Assembly (NCBI GenBank): GCA_009786825.1
Contig: WQRI01000001.1
Span: forward strand, 15,266 to 79,265
Reading direction: 5' to 3'
Length of the DNA: 64,000 bases
Origin: Bacillota bacterium
GTDB taxonomy: Bacteria > Bacillota > Clostridia > Christensenellales > WQRI01
Every line of letters starts with the position of its first letter. Positions within the stretch are counted from its first letter, which is position 1. The notes beneath the pieces were generated by a model. That model did not search any database. It was not told where the DNA came from and was given only the letters and a program-made list of their open reading frames with translations. Shown piece by piece: positions 18,317 to 28,171 of this stretch. Position numbers and translations under genes: made by a program.

Positions 18317-19849
18317 CTATTCCCATTCTATCGTACTTGGTGGTTTAGATGATACATCGTAAACCACTCGGCTAACCGTTTTAATCTCGCTTGTAATTCT
18401 ATTAACTATGGTGTCTAAAATCTTGTACGGAATTTTCATATACGTAGCGGTCATAAAGTCTGTTGTAACAACCGCCCTAACCGCCACAACATAGTCGTAT
18501 ACTCTATCGTCGCCCTTAACACCAACGCTTTTGGTGTTGGTTAAAACCGCGAAATACTGGTTTGGCTTTTTGCTTAACTTATCTAGTTCTGCCCTAACTA
18601 TTGCATCTACTTCCCTTAGTGTGTCTAACTTCTCTTTAGTAATCTCGCCCACAACCCTAATAGCAAGCCCTGGTCCTGGGAAAGGCTGGCGGTTTACTAA
18701 AAAGTCTGGAAGCCCAAGTCGCTTACCGATTTTACGCACTTCATCTTTAAAAAGGCTGCTTAGAGGCTCTACAAGTTTAGAAAACTTTAAGTTGTCTGGC
18801 AAGCCCCCAACGTTGTGGTGGCTTTTAATTGTAGCGCCGTGCGCGCCCCCACTCTCTACTATATCGGGGTAAATTGTGCCTTGTGCCAAAAACGGAATGT
18901 CGCCAAGTTTTGCTGCCGCTTCTTCAAAAACCCTTATAAACTCTTCGCCTATAATCTTACGCTTTGTCTCTGGCTCTTCCACGCCCTCTACCTTGCGCAA
19001 AAAGCGCGACTGTGCATTAACCCTTATAAAGTCTAGGTCCATATTAGAGAACACTTGCTCTACCTCATCGCCCTCGCCCTGTCTCATAAAGCCGTGGTCT
19101 ACAAAAATACACGTTAACTGATTTGGAATAGCCTTAGATAAAAGCGCCGCGCAAACACTACTGTCTACACCGCCACTAAGCGCAAGCAAAACTTTTTTGT
19201 CGCCTATGCTATCTTTCAACTCTTTGATTATGCCCTTTATAAAATTGCCAAGTTTATAATCGCCGCGCGCCTCGCAAATGTTATACAAAAACTTTTGTAT
19301 GATTTGCTTGCCACCTTGCGTAAGCGACACTTCTGGGTGAAACTGCACGCCGTATATTTTTTTGTGGTGGTTGTCCATACTTGCTATGCACGTGTCTGTG
19401 TGAGAAGTTGGCACAAAGCCCGCCGGCACGCGAACAACCTTATCTCTGTGGCTCATAAGTGCTTTGAAAGGCTTTGCATTATGTACGCCGAACTTGTCCG
19501 TAACAAGCGCCCACTCGCGTGTTGGAAGCACGTTAAACTGACCATATTCGCCCGCGCCTTCGCCCGAAACCTCTCCCCCTAGCATATGTGCTATAAGTTG
19601 CATTCCATAACATATTCCTAAAATCGGTATGCCCAACTCAAAAATTGCAGGGTCTGGCTTAACGCTTTTTTCTAAATATACACTTTGAGGTCCGCCCGTT
19701 AGAATTATGCCGATAGGTGCTATTTTTTTAATCTCTTCTACGCTTATCGTACCCGGCTTAATTATAGAGTAAACCTTTAAACTTCTGATTGTTCTGGCGA
19801 TTAATTCTTTATACTGACCGCCAAAATCTAACACTAAAACTTTTTCCAT
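18317..19849 (-). CDS. guaA: GMP synthase (glutamine-hydrolysing)
   Basis: GATase (GICYGMQL, FHPE), the ATP-PPase SGGVDSS motif and a C-terminal dimerisation domain ending PPSTIEWE. Confidence 0.95.
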   Translation of the reverse strand: MEKVLVLDFGGQYKELIARTIRSLKVYSIIKPGTISVEEIKKIAPIGIILTGGPQSVYLEKSVKPDPAIFELGIPILGICYGMQLIAHMLGGEVSGEGAGEYGQFNVLPTREWALVTDKFGVHNAKPFKALMSHRDKVVRVPAGFVPTSHTDTCIASMDNHHKKIYGVQFHPEVSLTQGGKQIIQKFLYNICEARGDYKLGNFIKGIIKELKDSIGDKKVLLALSGGVDSSVCAALLSKAIPNQLTCIFVDHGFMRQGEGDEVEQVFSNMDLDFIRVNAQSRFLRKVEGVEEPETKRKIIGEEFIRVFEEAAAKLGDIPFLAQGTIYPDIVESGGAHGATIKSHHNVGGLPDNLKFSKLVEPLSSLFKDEVRKIGKRLGLPDFLVNRQPFPGPGLAIRVVGEITKEKLDTLREVDAIVRAELDKLSKKPNQYFAVLTNTKSVGVKGDDRVYDYVVAVRAVVTTDFMTATYMKIPYKILDTIVNRITSEIKTVSRVVYDVSSKPPSTIEWE

Positions 19850-19864
19850 AAAACTCCTTTTGTA

Positions 19865-20012
19865 TAATGTTAAATTTTAAATGCTAAATGTTAAATGGTT
19901 AAACACATTGAATGCTTTACTTTTGAGCAGTTGTAGTTGCTTGTTTACGCAACTTGCAAAACAAATATTGCCCGCGCTAGCGGTGAAACCATTTAAAATT
20001 TAAAATTTAACA
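19865..20012. repeat. intergenic hairpin element, TAAATGTTAAAT flavour, canonical core (inverted orientation)
   Basis: The core is ...TTGCAAAACAAATATTGCCCGCGCTAGCGGTGAAACC. The arms are TAATGTTAAATTTTAAATGCTAAATGTTAAATGG and CCATTTAAAATTTAAAATTTAACATTA. Confidence 0.8.
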
Positions 20013-21551
20013 TTAATTCCCGTATCCCGTGAAGCACGCTGTGCAGAATTTTCTTGTGCTGAACCTACACGCGTATAGCAAGCCTTCTAGGCTGATGTAG
20101 GCTAGCGTGTCTGCGCCTACGCTGTCTCTAATTTTTTGAATGGCTTTTTTGTTCTCTTCGCTTTTTATATTTCGTGCCAAATCGCTTGTTAAGCCCACTT
20201 TGTTTGCAATTAGGTTTTCTTCATTATCTATATCTGTGCCGAAATGGCAAGTGTATAAAAACGGCGGACTAGATATTCTAAGGTGAACCTCTTTTGCGCC
20301 TGCGTCTTTAAGCGCCCTTACTATCTTTTTGCTTGTTGTCCCCCTAACAATACTGTCATCTACAAGTATAACGCTTTTGCCTTTAACATTCATACTAACA
20401 GGGTTTAGTTTAAGCCTTACAATGCTCTCCCTTTGGCTTTGCGTTGGGTATATAAAACTTCTGCCTAGATATCTGTTTTTAACAAATCCACTCACAAGCG
20501 GTATGCCGCTTTCTAAACTGTAGCCATAAGCCGCATCTAGCCCACTATCTGGCACGCCGCAAACTATATCGGGCTTAACCTTAGCATCTAACTCTATGTT
20601 CTCTCTTGCCAAAGTCTTACCCATAGATACGCGCGCCCTATGCACGCTTTGATTGTCTACAATACTGTCGCCACGCGAAAAATAAACATACTCGAAAATG
20701 CATAGCCCAAAGCGCTTGCTACTGCCCTCTGCTTTAAGTTTTATTTTTTCGTATACAATCTGCCCGCTCTCTACAACCACAATCTCGCCCGGCAACACAT
20801 CGCGCTCTGGCTTAAAGCCCGTGCTGTCTAAAGCACAACTCTCAGAAGCCACCGCAATACCGCTCTCGTTCCTGCCTATAATAAGTGGTCTGAACCCTTG
20901 TGGGTCTCTTACAATAATCATTTTGCCACAGCCCGTTGCTATAACCAAACAAAAAGCCCCCTCTAGCAACTTACACGCTTTTGCTATACCGCCAACAATT
21001 GCCTTTAGTTGTAACTCGTCACCACCCTTATACCTAGAGTGCATTACATCTTTAAAGTTGCCCGTTCTGCCCTTTGTTATAACAAGTTTTTCTTGCTCGC
21101 GCGACACGAAGTAGGCAACAAGGCTTGCTATAACTTCGCTGTCTGTTGTTGCCCTAAAGGTTATGCCATAACTTTTAAGTTGCTCTTTAACTTCTGAGGC
21201 GTTTGTAACATTGCCGTTATGAGAAAGCGCGATTCTGCCCGTTAGATACTCTTTCAAAAACGGACCAACATTTTCTTTTACGTTGCCACCCGTTGTAGAA
21301 TATCTGTTATGACCAACAGCAACCCTGCCGCGCGGCATACCCGCAAGTTTGTGGGACAGCGCCTCGCCAACAAGCCCAACATCTTTTCTTATGGCTATGC
21401 GGTTGTCGTAAACAACGGCTATTCCTGCGCCTTCTTGCCCCCTGTGTTGCAACGCTAAAAGCCCGTTGTACGTTACGCCAACAGCATCATCACTAGAAAG
21501 CGAAACCCCAAACACCCCGCACTCTTCTTTTAGTTTATCTAAAAACATCAT
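20013..21551 (-). CDS. purF: amidophosphoribosyltransferase
   Basis: A propeptide followed by CGVFGV, and a PRTase fold (VILVDDSIVRGTT). Confidence 0.93.
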   Translation of the reverse strand: MMFLDKLKEECGVFGVSLSSDDAVGVTYNGLLALQHRGQEGAGIAVVYDNRIAIRKDVGLVGEALSHKLAGMPRGRVAVGHNRYSTTGGNVKENVGPFLKEYLTGRIALSHNGNVTNASEVKEQLKSYGITFRATTDSEVIASLVAYFVSREQEKLVITKGRTGNFKDVMHSRYKGGDELQLKAIVGGIAKACKLLEGAFCLVIATGCGKMIIVRDPQGFRPLIIGRNESGIAVASESCALDSTGFKPERDVLPGEIVVVESGQIVYEKIKLKAEGSSKRFGLCIFEYVYFSRGDSIVDNQSVHRARVSMGKTLARENIELDAKVKPDIVCGVPDSGLDAAYGYSLESGIPLVSGFVKNRYLGRSFIYPTQSQRESIVRLKLNPVSMNVKGKSVILVDDSIVRGTTSKKIVRALKDAGAKEVHLRISSPPFLYTCHFGTDIDNEENLIANKVGLTSDLARNIKSEENKKAIQKIRDSVGADTLAYISLEGLLYACRFSTRKFCTACFTGYGN

Positions 21552-21729
21552 AATTTTTACCTTTGCCCCAAAGTCTACCTATTTTACAAATCGATTGAGG
21601 TAGCAATCGTTACACCGCCAAGGGCGGTCGGATAATTTTAGCCACTTATGCTTGATGTTAAAATTTTGAGCCTTTGGCTTTGCCGTAGGCAAAACAACAG
21701 TGAAAAATTTTATACATCAAGCGTATACA

Positions 21730-23019
21730 TCAAGCATCACCACCAAGCAAGAAATAATCTGCTCTGTCTGGTCCGACTGATACATACTTTATTTTGCTGT
21801 TTGTTGCCTTTTGCAAAAACATAATATAGTCTAGCGCTTCTTTTGGCAAGTCACTCACACATCGGCACTTACTTATATCTTTTTTAAAGCCCGGCAAATA
21901 TTCGTATATTGGCTTTGCCCTTGCTAGTTTGTCGCCCGTTGGAAAATAGTCTATACGCTTGCCATCTACTTCGTAAGCAACACACACCGGTATTTTATCC
22001 ATATAAGAGAGAATATCTAACTTTGTAAGCGCAATTTCTGTTGCGCCCTGAACCTTTATTCCGTACCTACTCGCAACAACATCAAACGCCCCTACACGAC
22101 GCGGTCTACCCGTTGCCGCACCATATTCGCCGCCCGCTTCCCTTAATTTAGTGGCTTCATCGCCAGACATCTCAACTACAAACGGACCTTCCCCAACACA
22201 CGTAGAGAAAGCCTTCATAACCCCTATAACCTTGTCTAGCCTTGCAAACGGCACACCCGCACCCGTTGGCGCATACGCCGCAAGCGTTGTAGAACTTGTG
22301 GTGTATGGATAAATGCCATACTCTATATCCCTTAAAGCGCCCAACTGCCCTTCAAACAAAATGCGCTTTTTATCTGCCATCGCCTTTTCTAAAAAGTGAG
22401 TTGTGTCTGTTACGTAAGGCAGTATATTGTCTGCATAGGTGTTTAGCCACGCTAGCGTCTCTTTAGCGCACACCTTTTTTTTGTAACCCTTAAGCGTTAG
22501 GTTTTTCCACTCTACAAGGGATTCCACCTTTTCTTTAAGCGTTTCTTTATCTTGCAAGTCTGATATTCTAAGCGCCTTTTTTAAAAACTTATCTGAATAA
22601 GCGGGCGCGATTCCACGGCGGGTAGAGCCAAACTTTTTGTCTTTAAGGCGCTCTTCTTCTAGCACATCTTGCAAAATATGGTAAGGCAAAACTACAGTTG
22701 CCTTGTCAGACACCTTAACGTTTTCGGGCGTTACGCCTTTGCCTAAAGGCTTTAGTTTCTCGTTAAGGCTAGCAATCTCGTTACTTAAATGCTGTATGTC
22801 TATAACCATACCCGCGCCCAAAACGTTTACCGTACCCTTATGTATAACCCCGCTTGGCAAAAGGTTTAACACGAATTTGCCAAAGTCGTTTATAATGGTA
22901 TGCCCCGCGTTGTTGCCGCCCTGATACCTAACAATAACATCATAGTCTCTTGCAAAAAGGTCTACCATTCTGCCCTTCCCCTCGTCTCCCCAATTAATTC
23001 CTACTACTGCTGTAAGCAT
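21730..23019 (-). CDS. purA: adenylosuccinate synthase
   Basis: VVGINWGDEGKGRMVD, GNNAGHT and GTTRRGIAPAY-like motifs. Confidence 0.95.
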   Translation of the reverse strand: MLTAVVGINWGDEGKGRMVDLFARDYDVIVRYQGGNNAGHTIINDFGKFVLNLLPSGVIHKGTVNVLGAGMVIDIQHLSNEIASLNEKLKPLGKGVTPENVKVSDKATVVLPYHILQDVLEEERLKDKKFGSTRRGIAPAYSDKFLKKALRISDLQDKETLKEKVESLVEWKNLTLKGYKKKVCAKETLAWLNTYADNILPYVTDTTHFLEKAMADKKRILFEGQLGALRDIEYGIYPYTTSSTTLAAYAPTGAGVPFARLDKVIGVMKAFSTCVGEGPFVVEMSGDEATKLREAGGEYGAATGRPRRVGAFDVVASRYGIKVQGATEIALTKLDILSYMDKIPVCVAYEVDGKRIDYFPTGDKLARAKPIYEYLPGFKKDISKCRCVSDLPKEALDYIMFLQKATNSKIKYVSVGPDRADYFLLGGDA

Positions 23020-23036
23020 ATTATTTACTCCTTTTT

Positions 23037-23200
23037 AGTGTAGAGTGTAAAGTTTAAAGTGTAAAGTTGTTTCACCGCTAGCGCGGGCAATATTGCATTT
23101 TGCAAACTCTGAGTAAATAACAAATTTCAGGCTGTTCAAACGCTTTGCATTTAATGTACTTAACCACTCTACACTTTACACTTTACATTTTACACTAGTG
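23037..23200. repeat. intergenic hairpin element, GTAAAGTGTAAAG flavour, canonical core
   Basis: AGTGTAGAGTGTAAAGTTTAAAGTGTAAAGT - GTTTCACCGCTAGCGCGGGCAATATT ... GGCTGTTCAAACGCTTTGCA - CCACTCTACACTTTACACTTTACATTTTACACT. Confidence 0.85.
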
Positions 23201-23209
23201 TGAAACACA

Positions 23210-24631
23210 CTAAACTTTTATCTCTACTTCTGCCCCTATAAAACTTTTGTTTGTTTTTAACACTTGTTGCACATACGGCAAAAATTCTTCTACTTGCTGT
23301 GCTGCCCTACCCGTAAAGTTTGCTGATAATATTTTGTCTAACTCTGCCTTTGTTAGTTTAAAGGCTTTGTCTGCTAGTATTCTGTCTAGTAAGTCGTTAG
23401 TCTCGCCATTTCTAATTCTCTCGCCCGCGCGCATAGAATGCTCTTTAATTCTGTTGTGTAAATCTTGTCTGTCGCCACCCTTTGTAACACAATACATAAG
23501 TATATTTTCGGTTGCCAAAAACGGAATTTCTACGCGCAAGTTTTTTTCGATAACGCCCTTGTTAACCACAAGCCCGCCCGCAACATTTATGTATAAACTT
23601 AGTATAGCATCTACCGCCAAAAAACTTTGCGGAATAACGATACGGCGGTTTGCGCTGTCATCTAGCGTGCGCTCTAGCCATTGCGCACTTGCCGTTAAAG
23701 AGGTATTAAGCGTCCCTACGCTTACATATCTAGCAAGTGCGGCTATCCGCTCGCTTCGCATAGGGTTGCGTTTGTAAGGCATTGCAGAACTTCCCACCTG
23801 CGCTTTTTCAAACGGCTCTTCAATCTCTTTTAGGTTAGACAAAAGCCTTATATCGTTAGAAAATTTGTATGCACTTTGCGCTATTCCACTAAGCACGCTC
23901 AGCACAAAATAGTCTATTTTTCGGCTGTAGGTCTGCCCACTTATTTGGTGTATTTTGTCAAAGCCAAACTGCTTTGCTATTTTTTTCTCTAACTCTATAA
24001 CCTTTGCGTGCTTGCCGTTAAATAATTCTAGCATAGAAGCCGCCGTTCCGGTCGCGCCCTTACAGCCAAAAAACTTTAGTTTTGCTAGTGTCTCTTCCAG
24101 CCTTTCTAAGTCTAGCAACAAGTCGTTAAGCCAAAGCGACGCCCTTTTTCCAACAGTTGTTGGCTGTGCAGGCTGATAGTGCGTAAAGGCTAGTGTGGGC
24201 AAATCTTTATACTGCTTTGCAAATTTGGCAAGCACGTCTATCGTGCTAACCAAAAGCCTTTTAATGTGTAAAAGTGCATCGCGCTGCAAAATGATGTCTG
24301 TGTTGTCGCCAACGTAACAACTGGTTGCGCCAAGGTGAATGATTGGCTTGGCTTCTTTCGCCACCTCGCCATACGCCTTTATGTGCGCCATAACATCGTG
24401 GCGCGTCTCTTTCTCTATTTGGCTCGCGCGCTCGAAATCTATGTTTTCTGTGTGCTTTTCTAGTTGCTTAATTTGTTCACTCGTAATCTCTAAGCCCAAC
24501 TCTTTTTGCGCCTTTGCAAGCGCAACCCAAAGCCTGCGCCACAAAACAAACTTACTTTTGTCTGAGAAAATTGCTTGCATTGTTTTAGACGCATATCGCG
24601 TTATCAACGGATTTTGATACACATTGTGCAT
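23210..24631 (-). CDS. purB: adenylosuccinate lyase
   Basis: Fumarate-lyase superfamily signature GSSAMPYKRNP; the length and N-terminus are typical of PurB. Confidence 0.93.
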   Translation of the reverse strand: MHNVYQNPLITRYASKTMQAIFSDKSKFVLWRRLWVALAKAQKELGLEITSEQIKQLEKHTENIDFERASQIEKETRHDVMAHIKAYGEVAKEAKPIIHLGATSCYVGDNTDIILQRDALLHIKRLLVSTIDVLAKFAKQYKDLPTLAFTHYQPAQPTTVGKRASLWLNDLLLDLERLEETLAKLKFFGCKGATGTAASMLELFNGKHAKVIELEKKIAKQFGFDKIHQISGQTYSRKIDYFVLSVLSGIAQSAYKFSNDIRLLSNLKEIEEPFEKAQVGSSAMPYKRNPMRSERIAALARYVSVGTLNTSLTASAQWLERTLDDSANRRIVIPQSFLAVDAILSLYINVAGGLVVNKGVIEKNLRVEIPFLATENILMYCVTKGGDRQDLHNRIKEHSMRAGERIRNGETNDLLDRILADKAFKLTKAELDKILSANFTGRAAQQVEEFLPYVQQVLKTNKSFIGAEVEIKV

Positions 24632-24676
24632 ACTATCTATCTCCTTATTTTTTCAACAGCCCCTTAATCAAAGCGC

Positions 24677-25480
24677 TTACGCTTTAGGTTTTGCCTTGCT
24701 ACTCTCTAGCCTTGTCAAAACTTTTTTATAACCCTCTAGCACTTCGCCCAAATCTTTTCTGAACCTATCTTTGTCTAAAATCTCGTTAGTTTCTATATCC
24801 CAAAGCCTGCAACTGTCGGGCGAGATTTCATCTATTAAAATTATGCAAGTTGTAAGGCTACCCTTTTTATACTCTAGCCCAAACTCTAACTTAAAGTCTA
24901 CAAGCCGTATGCCCGCGCGCTTAAAAAGGCACGTAAGCAAACTGTTTATTCTTGTGGCTTCTTTTACCATTGTCTCAAGTTGATATTTTGGCGCAAGCCC
25001 CAGCGCTGTTATTTGGCTCTCGTTTATAAGTGGGTCGCCTAGTACGTCCGACTTTACGCTAAACTCGAACACAACATTATTAAGCGCGCTTCCCCACTTA
25101 ACGCCATACTTTTTAGCAAAAGAGCCAGCCGCCAAATTCCTAACAACTATCTCAACTGGAATAACTTGTGTCTTTTTAACAAGGCAAAATTCGCTTTGCC
25201 CGCCTTGGTCGCCTTGGTCGCCTTGGTCACCGCCCGCATACTTTTCTCTAAATTGCTTAAGCGTTAGTATGTTTGTAACCCTATGCGTTTTAACTCCATT
25301 ACTCTCTAGGTGGGCAAAAATAATATTAGATATGGCTCTGTTTAACTGCCCCTTGCCCGCTAACTCTTCGCGCTTCTCGCCATTAAAAGCAGTCGCCGTA
25401 TCTTTATACTTTATAATAACCGTGTCTTCGCACAGCCCCTCATAAATAATCTTAGATTTTCCTTCATATAAAAGTTTCAT
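24677..25480 (-). CDS. purC: SAICAR synthase with an in-frame low-complexity insertion
   Basis: LLYEGKSKIIYEG, VVRN..AGS and LIDEISPDSCRLWD motifs. There is an extra segment of roughly 24 aa containing GGDQGDQGDQGGQ. Confidence 0.9.
   Translation of the reverse strand: MKLLYEGKSKIIYEGLCEDTVIIKYKDTATAFNGEKREELAGKGQLNRAISNIIFAHLESNGVKTHRVTNILTLKQFREKYAGGDQGDQGDQGGQSEFCLVKKTQVIPVEIVVRNLAAGSFAKKYGVKWGSALNNVVFEFSVKSDVLGDPLINESQITALGLAPKYQLETMVKEATRINSLLTCLFKRAGIRLVDFKLEFGLEYKKGSLTTCIILIDEISPDSCRLWDIETNEILDKDRFRKDLGEVLEGYKKVLTRLESSKAKPKA
25212..25238. repeat. perfect 9-bp x3 tandem repeat inside purC
   Basis: GCCTTGGTC x3, encoding (DQG)3 on the minus strand. Confidence 0.9.
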
Positions 25481-26053
25481 AATTCTTTAATATTGTAAAG
25501 TGTAAAATGTAAAGTGTAAAGTAGTTAAACTAATTAAACGCTATACTTTTCAACAGTCTGCATTTGTTGTTTCACGCAGTTTGTATATTTAAAATTTTGT
25601 CTCGGTGTCGCACAACTAAATTTCGCACTAAAGCGGTTGCTCGCTATACAAACCGCCGCTTTGATATAATTTCTTGCAAACAAAAAAAGTATCCTTCCTT
25701 TTTGATGTTCTAAGCAAGTGTGTGCTTCGCCGAAGGGCTATCTCGCCGCCCCTGTCTTTTTGGGTTGCAACACATATATTTAATTGCTAAAAACATTTTA
25801 AAGGTTTGATACTTCCTTCAGTAAACTTATTTAAGGCAGACACCTGCGCTTCACGCTTCACTTGAAATCTTTGCATAAGGTTTAGTCTACGCCTGCTCCG
25901 CAAAACCACCCTAACAAAAATAATTCAAGCCCTACCTCTGAGTATTTATTATACCACATTTAAAACAATAATGCAACTGTTTTACATAAATTTCTACACT
26001 TCCCGCCAAATTACCCACCGCACAAACTACTTCTCTCTGCACATCTAGCCCTA

Positions 26054-26332
26054 CTACCTAAACTCTATGTGCAACGTTTTGCCTATGCCGTTAGCAACCT
26101 TGTGCAAAAACTGTACAGATGGGTTATATTCCCCCGTCTCTAGTTTGCTAATCAGGCTTTGGTCTATGCCTATTTTTTCTGCAAATTGTTTTTGTGTTAG
26201 ACTTAGGTCGTGCCTAATCGCATTAATGTGAATGCCCAACTGCAAACTCTGCATCTCTTGCTCGTAACCTGCCCTAAATTCCGGACACTCTAAAAGCCTT
26301 GCTCTATGTTTTTCATAATTAGTCATATTCAT
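26054..26332 (-). CDS. XRE-family HTH antitoxin (HigA-like)
   Basis: LSLTQKQFAEKIGIDQSLISKLETGEYNPSVQFLHKVA is an HTH_3-type motif. The gene overlaps the upstream toxin by 14 nt. Confidence 0.75.
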   Translation of the reverse strand: MNMTNYEKHRARLLECPEFRAGYEQEMQSLQLGIHINAIRHDLSLTQKQFAEKIGIDQSLISKLETGEYNPSVQFLHKVANGIGKTLHIEFR

Positions 26333-26672
26333 ACCTCCTTTTATAATCTTCTCTATAAATTTTTGCTTTCTCTATTTCTTGCCTTGGCACCTTATTTGTT
26401 TTTTTAACGAAGCCATTTGTGAGTATAATTTTAGAGCCTGTGTAAAAAAAATATAGCACCCTAGCGTGATTTGTGGAAAACTGTATTCTTAACTCAAAAA
26501 TCCCATCTTCCAAATGCTTACTTTTTGGCTCACCCAATCTGTTCCCAAGCATTTTAAGCGCGTCTATTGTTGCAATTGCTTTCTTTTTTAATTTATCATC
26601 AAGTTCGTAATCTATGAACTTCTCTACAGGGCTTTCACCGCTATCTTTTTCGTAGTATTCAATTTTCCACAT
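26319..26672 (-). CDS. type II toxin, RelE/ParE superfamily (Gp49/HigB-like)
   Basis: The pattern MWKIEYYEKDSGESPVEKFI ... DGIFELRIQFSTNHARVLYFFYTGSKIILTNGFVKKT. Start chosen at the Met 7 nt downstream of a consensus -10 element. Confidence 0.75.
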   Translation of the reverse strand: MWKIEYYEKDSGESPVEKFIDYELDDKLKKKAIATIDALKMLGNRLGEPKSKHLEDGIFELRIQFSTNHARVLYFFYTGSKIILTNGFVKKTNKVPRQEIEKAKIYREDYKRRYEYD

Positions 26673-26678
26673 ACTAAT

Positions 26679-26707
26679 ATTATAATGCATTATAATACAT
26701 ATGTCAA
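26679..26707 (-). promoter_or_regulatory. consensus sigma-A promoter giving a probably leaderless higB-like mRNA
   Basis: The minus strand reads TTGACA-17 nt-TATAAT-ATTAGT-ATG (ATG at 26672), with no SD. Confidence 0.6.
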
Positions 26708-26784
26708 CCCCTTTTGCAATATTTTTTAAAAATTATGATTTGGTGTTCTGCTTGTGCTTAATACAGAAAAATTGTCAATGCGTG

Positions 26785-26949
26785 TGTTGTCGCATTTTGT
26801 CGGTTGTTCTAGTTGAATAGCGTTGTCGGGTTTTGTCGGTTTGCGAAACACGAAAAAAGCCCGATGCGTTGCATCGGGCTTTTTGTGAAGCATTAAGAAT
26901 TTACTTTAGGAGGTTTTTTCTTATGCTTTTTGTTTTGGTTTAGTCCTTA
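26785..26949. repeat. direct repeat copy A (contains a terminator hairpin)
   Basis: TGTTGTCGCATTTTGTCGGTTG...AAAAAAGCCCGATGCGTTGCATCGGGCTTTTTGTGAAGCATTAAGAATTTACTTT...GGTTTAGTCCTTA. It is near-identical to 28172-28327 apart from a 12-bp indel and a few substitutions. Confidence 0.9.
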
Positions 26950-26960
26950 AAGAGTTGTTA

Positions 26961-28046
26961 TTAAGTTGACTCCTTTAAAAACTTCTCTCTTAGGATAGCC
27001 TCTTTTTCTCTCTGCAATTCTTTTGCCAGTTCTTCTTCCGTTGGCAGATGTGTGAAATACTTTGATGTAAATATCTGCGAATTTCCCCCTTCTGGAAGCG
27101 TATATTTTACTACGCTCTCGTGCTTATCTGCACACAAGATAATCCCGATGGGTGGATTATCCCCTTCGTTCATTAGCTCTCTAGTGTAATAATTCACATA
27201 CATCTGCATTTGCCCAATATCTTGATGTGTTAACTCCCCTGCTTTGATGTCTATTAGTACGAAGCATTTCAAAGAATAATTATAAAAAACCAAATCTATA
27301 TAGAAATGTTTGCCGTCTAACGTTATACGCTTTTGGCGAGACTCGAAAGCAAACCCTCTACCTAGCTCTAGTAAAAAATTTCTTAAATGGTCTATTAGCG
27401 CTTGCTCTATATTAGATTCCAAATAATCTTTATTCTCTTTTAAGCCTAAAAACTCTAGCACATATGGGTCTTTAACCATATCTAACGGACCCTTCTCTGG
27501 CTCCCTTTTTAACGTGTCATTTTTCACCAACTCCTTGTTCTGACTAGCGAGAATCCTCTCGTAAGACTGCGTACTTATTTGGCGTTCTAACTGCCTTGTA
27601 CTCCAGTTGCCTAGCATTGCTTCTTCTAAATAGAAGTTTCTAGCCTTATCTTTTTCTACTCGCATTAAAAGCCTATAATGAGTCCAACTTAATTCTCTAC
27701 GCACTGCGTTGAGAATTGGAAACGTTAGAAAAAATTGACGCATATTCCATAAATTTGCCTTGTCAAACCCTTTACCAAATTCGGTCGTAAGTTTTAAAGA
27801 CAAATTCTCTATGAGTCCGTCACCATATGCGGCGCGCTCTTCTCCGCCTTGTTTTTCTACTATAAGTTTGCCTATATTCCAATAAGCTTCGACCATTGCA
27901 AAATTTATAGCCGCATATGCCTTGCTTCTTGCGCCACTTATAATCTCTTTTATATTATTGAACAACTCAGCCTCTACTCCCGCTTTAGTTGCTTCTTTGT
28001 TCGCTCCTTCTAGCTTGGGCGCTTTATTTTTAATTTTTTTAGACAT
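26961..28046 (-). CDS. DUF1016/YhcG-family PDDEXK nuclease-domain protein
   Basis: AYWNIGKLIVE, LSWTHYRLLMRV, NFYLEEA..NWSTRQLERQI and DPYVLEFLGL, with a PD-(D/E)xK-like IDLVFYN...VLIDIKAGELTHQDIGQMQMYVNYY. Start at MSKKIKNK with the SD GAGAGGA. Confidence 0.8.
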   Translation of the reverse strand: MSKKIKNKAPKLEGANKEATKAGVEAELFNNIKEIISGARSKAYAAINFAMVEAYWNIGKLIVEKQGGEERAAYGDGLIENLSLKLTTEFGKGFDKANLWNMRQFFLTFPILNAVRRELSWTHYRLLMRVEKDKARNFYLEEAMLGNWSTRQLERQISTQSYERILASQNKELVKNDTLKREPEKGPLDMVKDPYVLEFLGLKENKDYLESNIEQALIDHLRNFLLELGRGFAFESRQKRITLDGKHFYIDLVFYNYSLKCFVLIDIKAGELTHQDIGQMQMYVNYYTRELMNEGDNPPIGIILCADKHESVVKYTLPEGGNSQIFTSKYFTHLPTEEELAKELQREKEAILREKFLKEST

Positions 28047-28171
28047 ACGATATCCTCTCAAAATTCAAACACAACAATAGATTTCTACTGTTATAATTAT
28101 ATCATATATCCACCATTGTTGCAAGCAAAATAATGCAAAAAAGGCATTCCGTTTTGGTTGGAATGCCTTTT

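Noticed and set aside
15815-20012. The periodic TAAATGTTAAAT-type repeats as a CRISPR array or other tandem array
   Set aside because: There is no constant direct repeat with unique spacers. The repeated words form the inverted arms of discrete hairpin elements separated by full-length genes, and no cas genes are present.
25481-26053. A purine, ZTP or PRPP riboswitch, or a T-box, in the 570-bp region upstream of purC
   Set aside because: I looked on the minus strand for the purine-riboswitch junction motifs, the ZTP CCGCCTGGGC block and a T-box GGGTGGTACCGCG. Only a weak T-box-like GGGTGGTTTTGCGG was found, about 430 nt from the start codon and with no specifier context. An Rfam scan would be needed to settle this.
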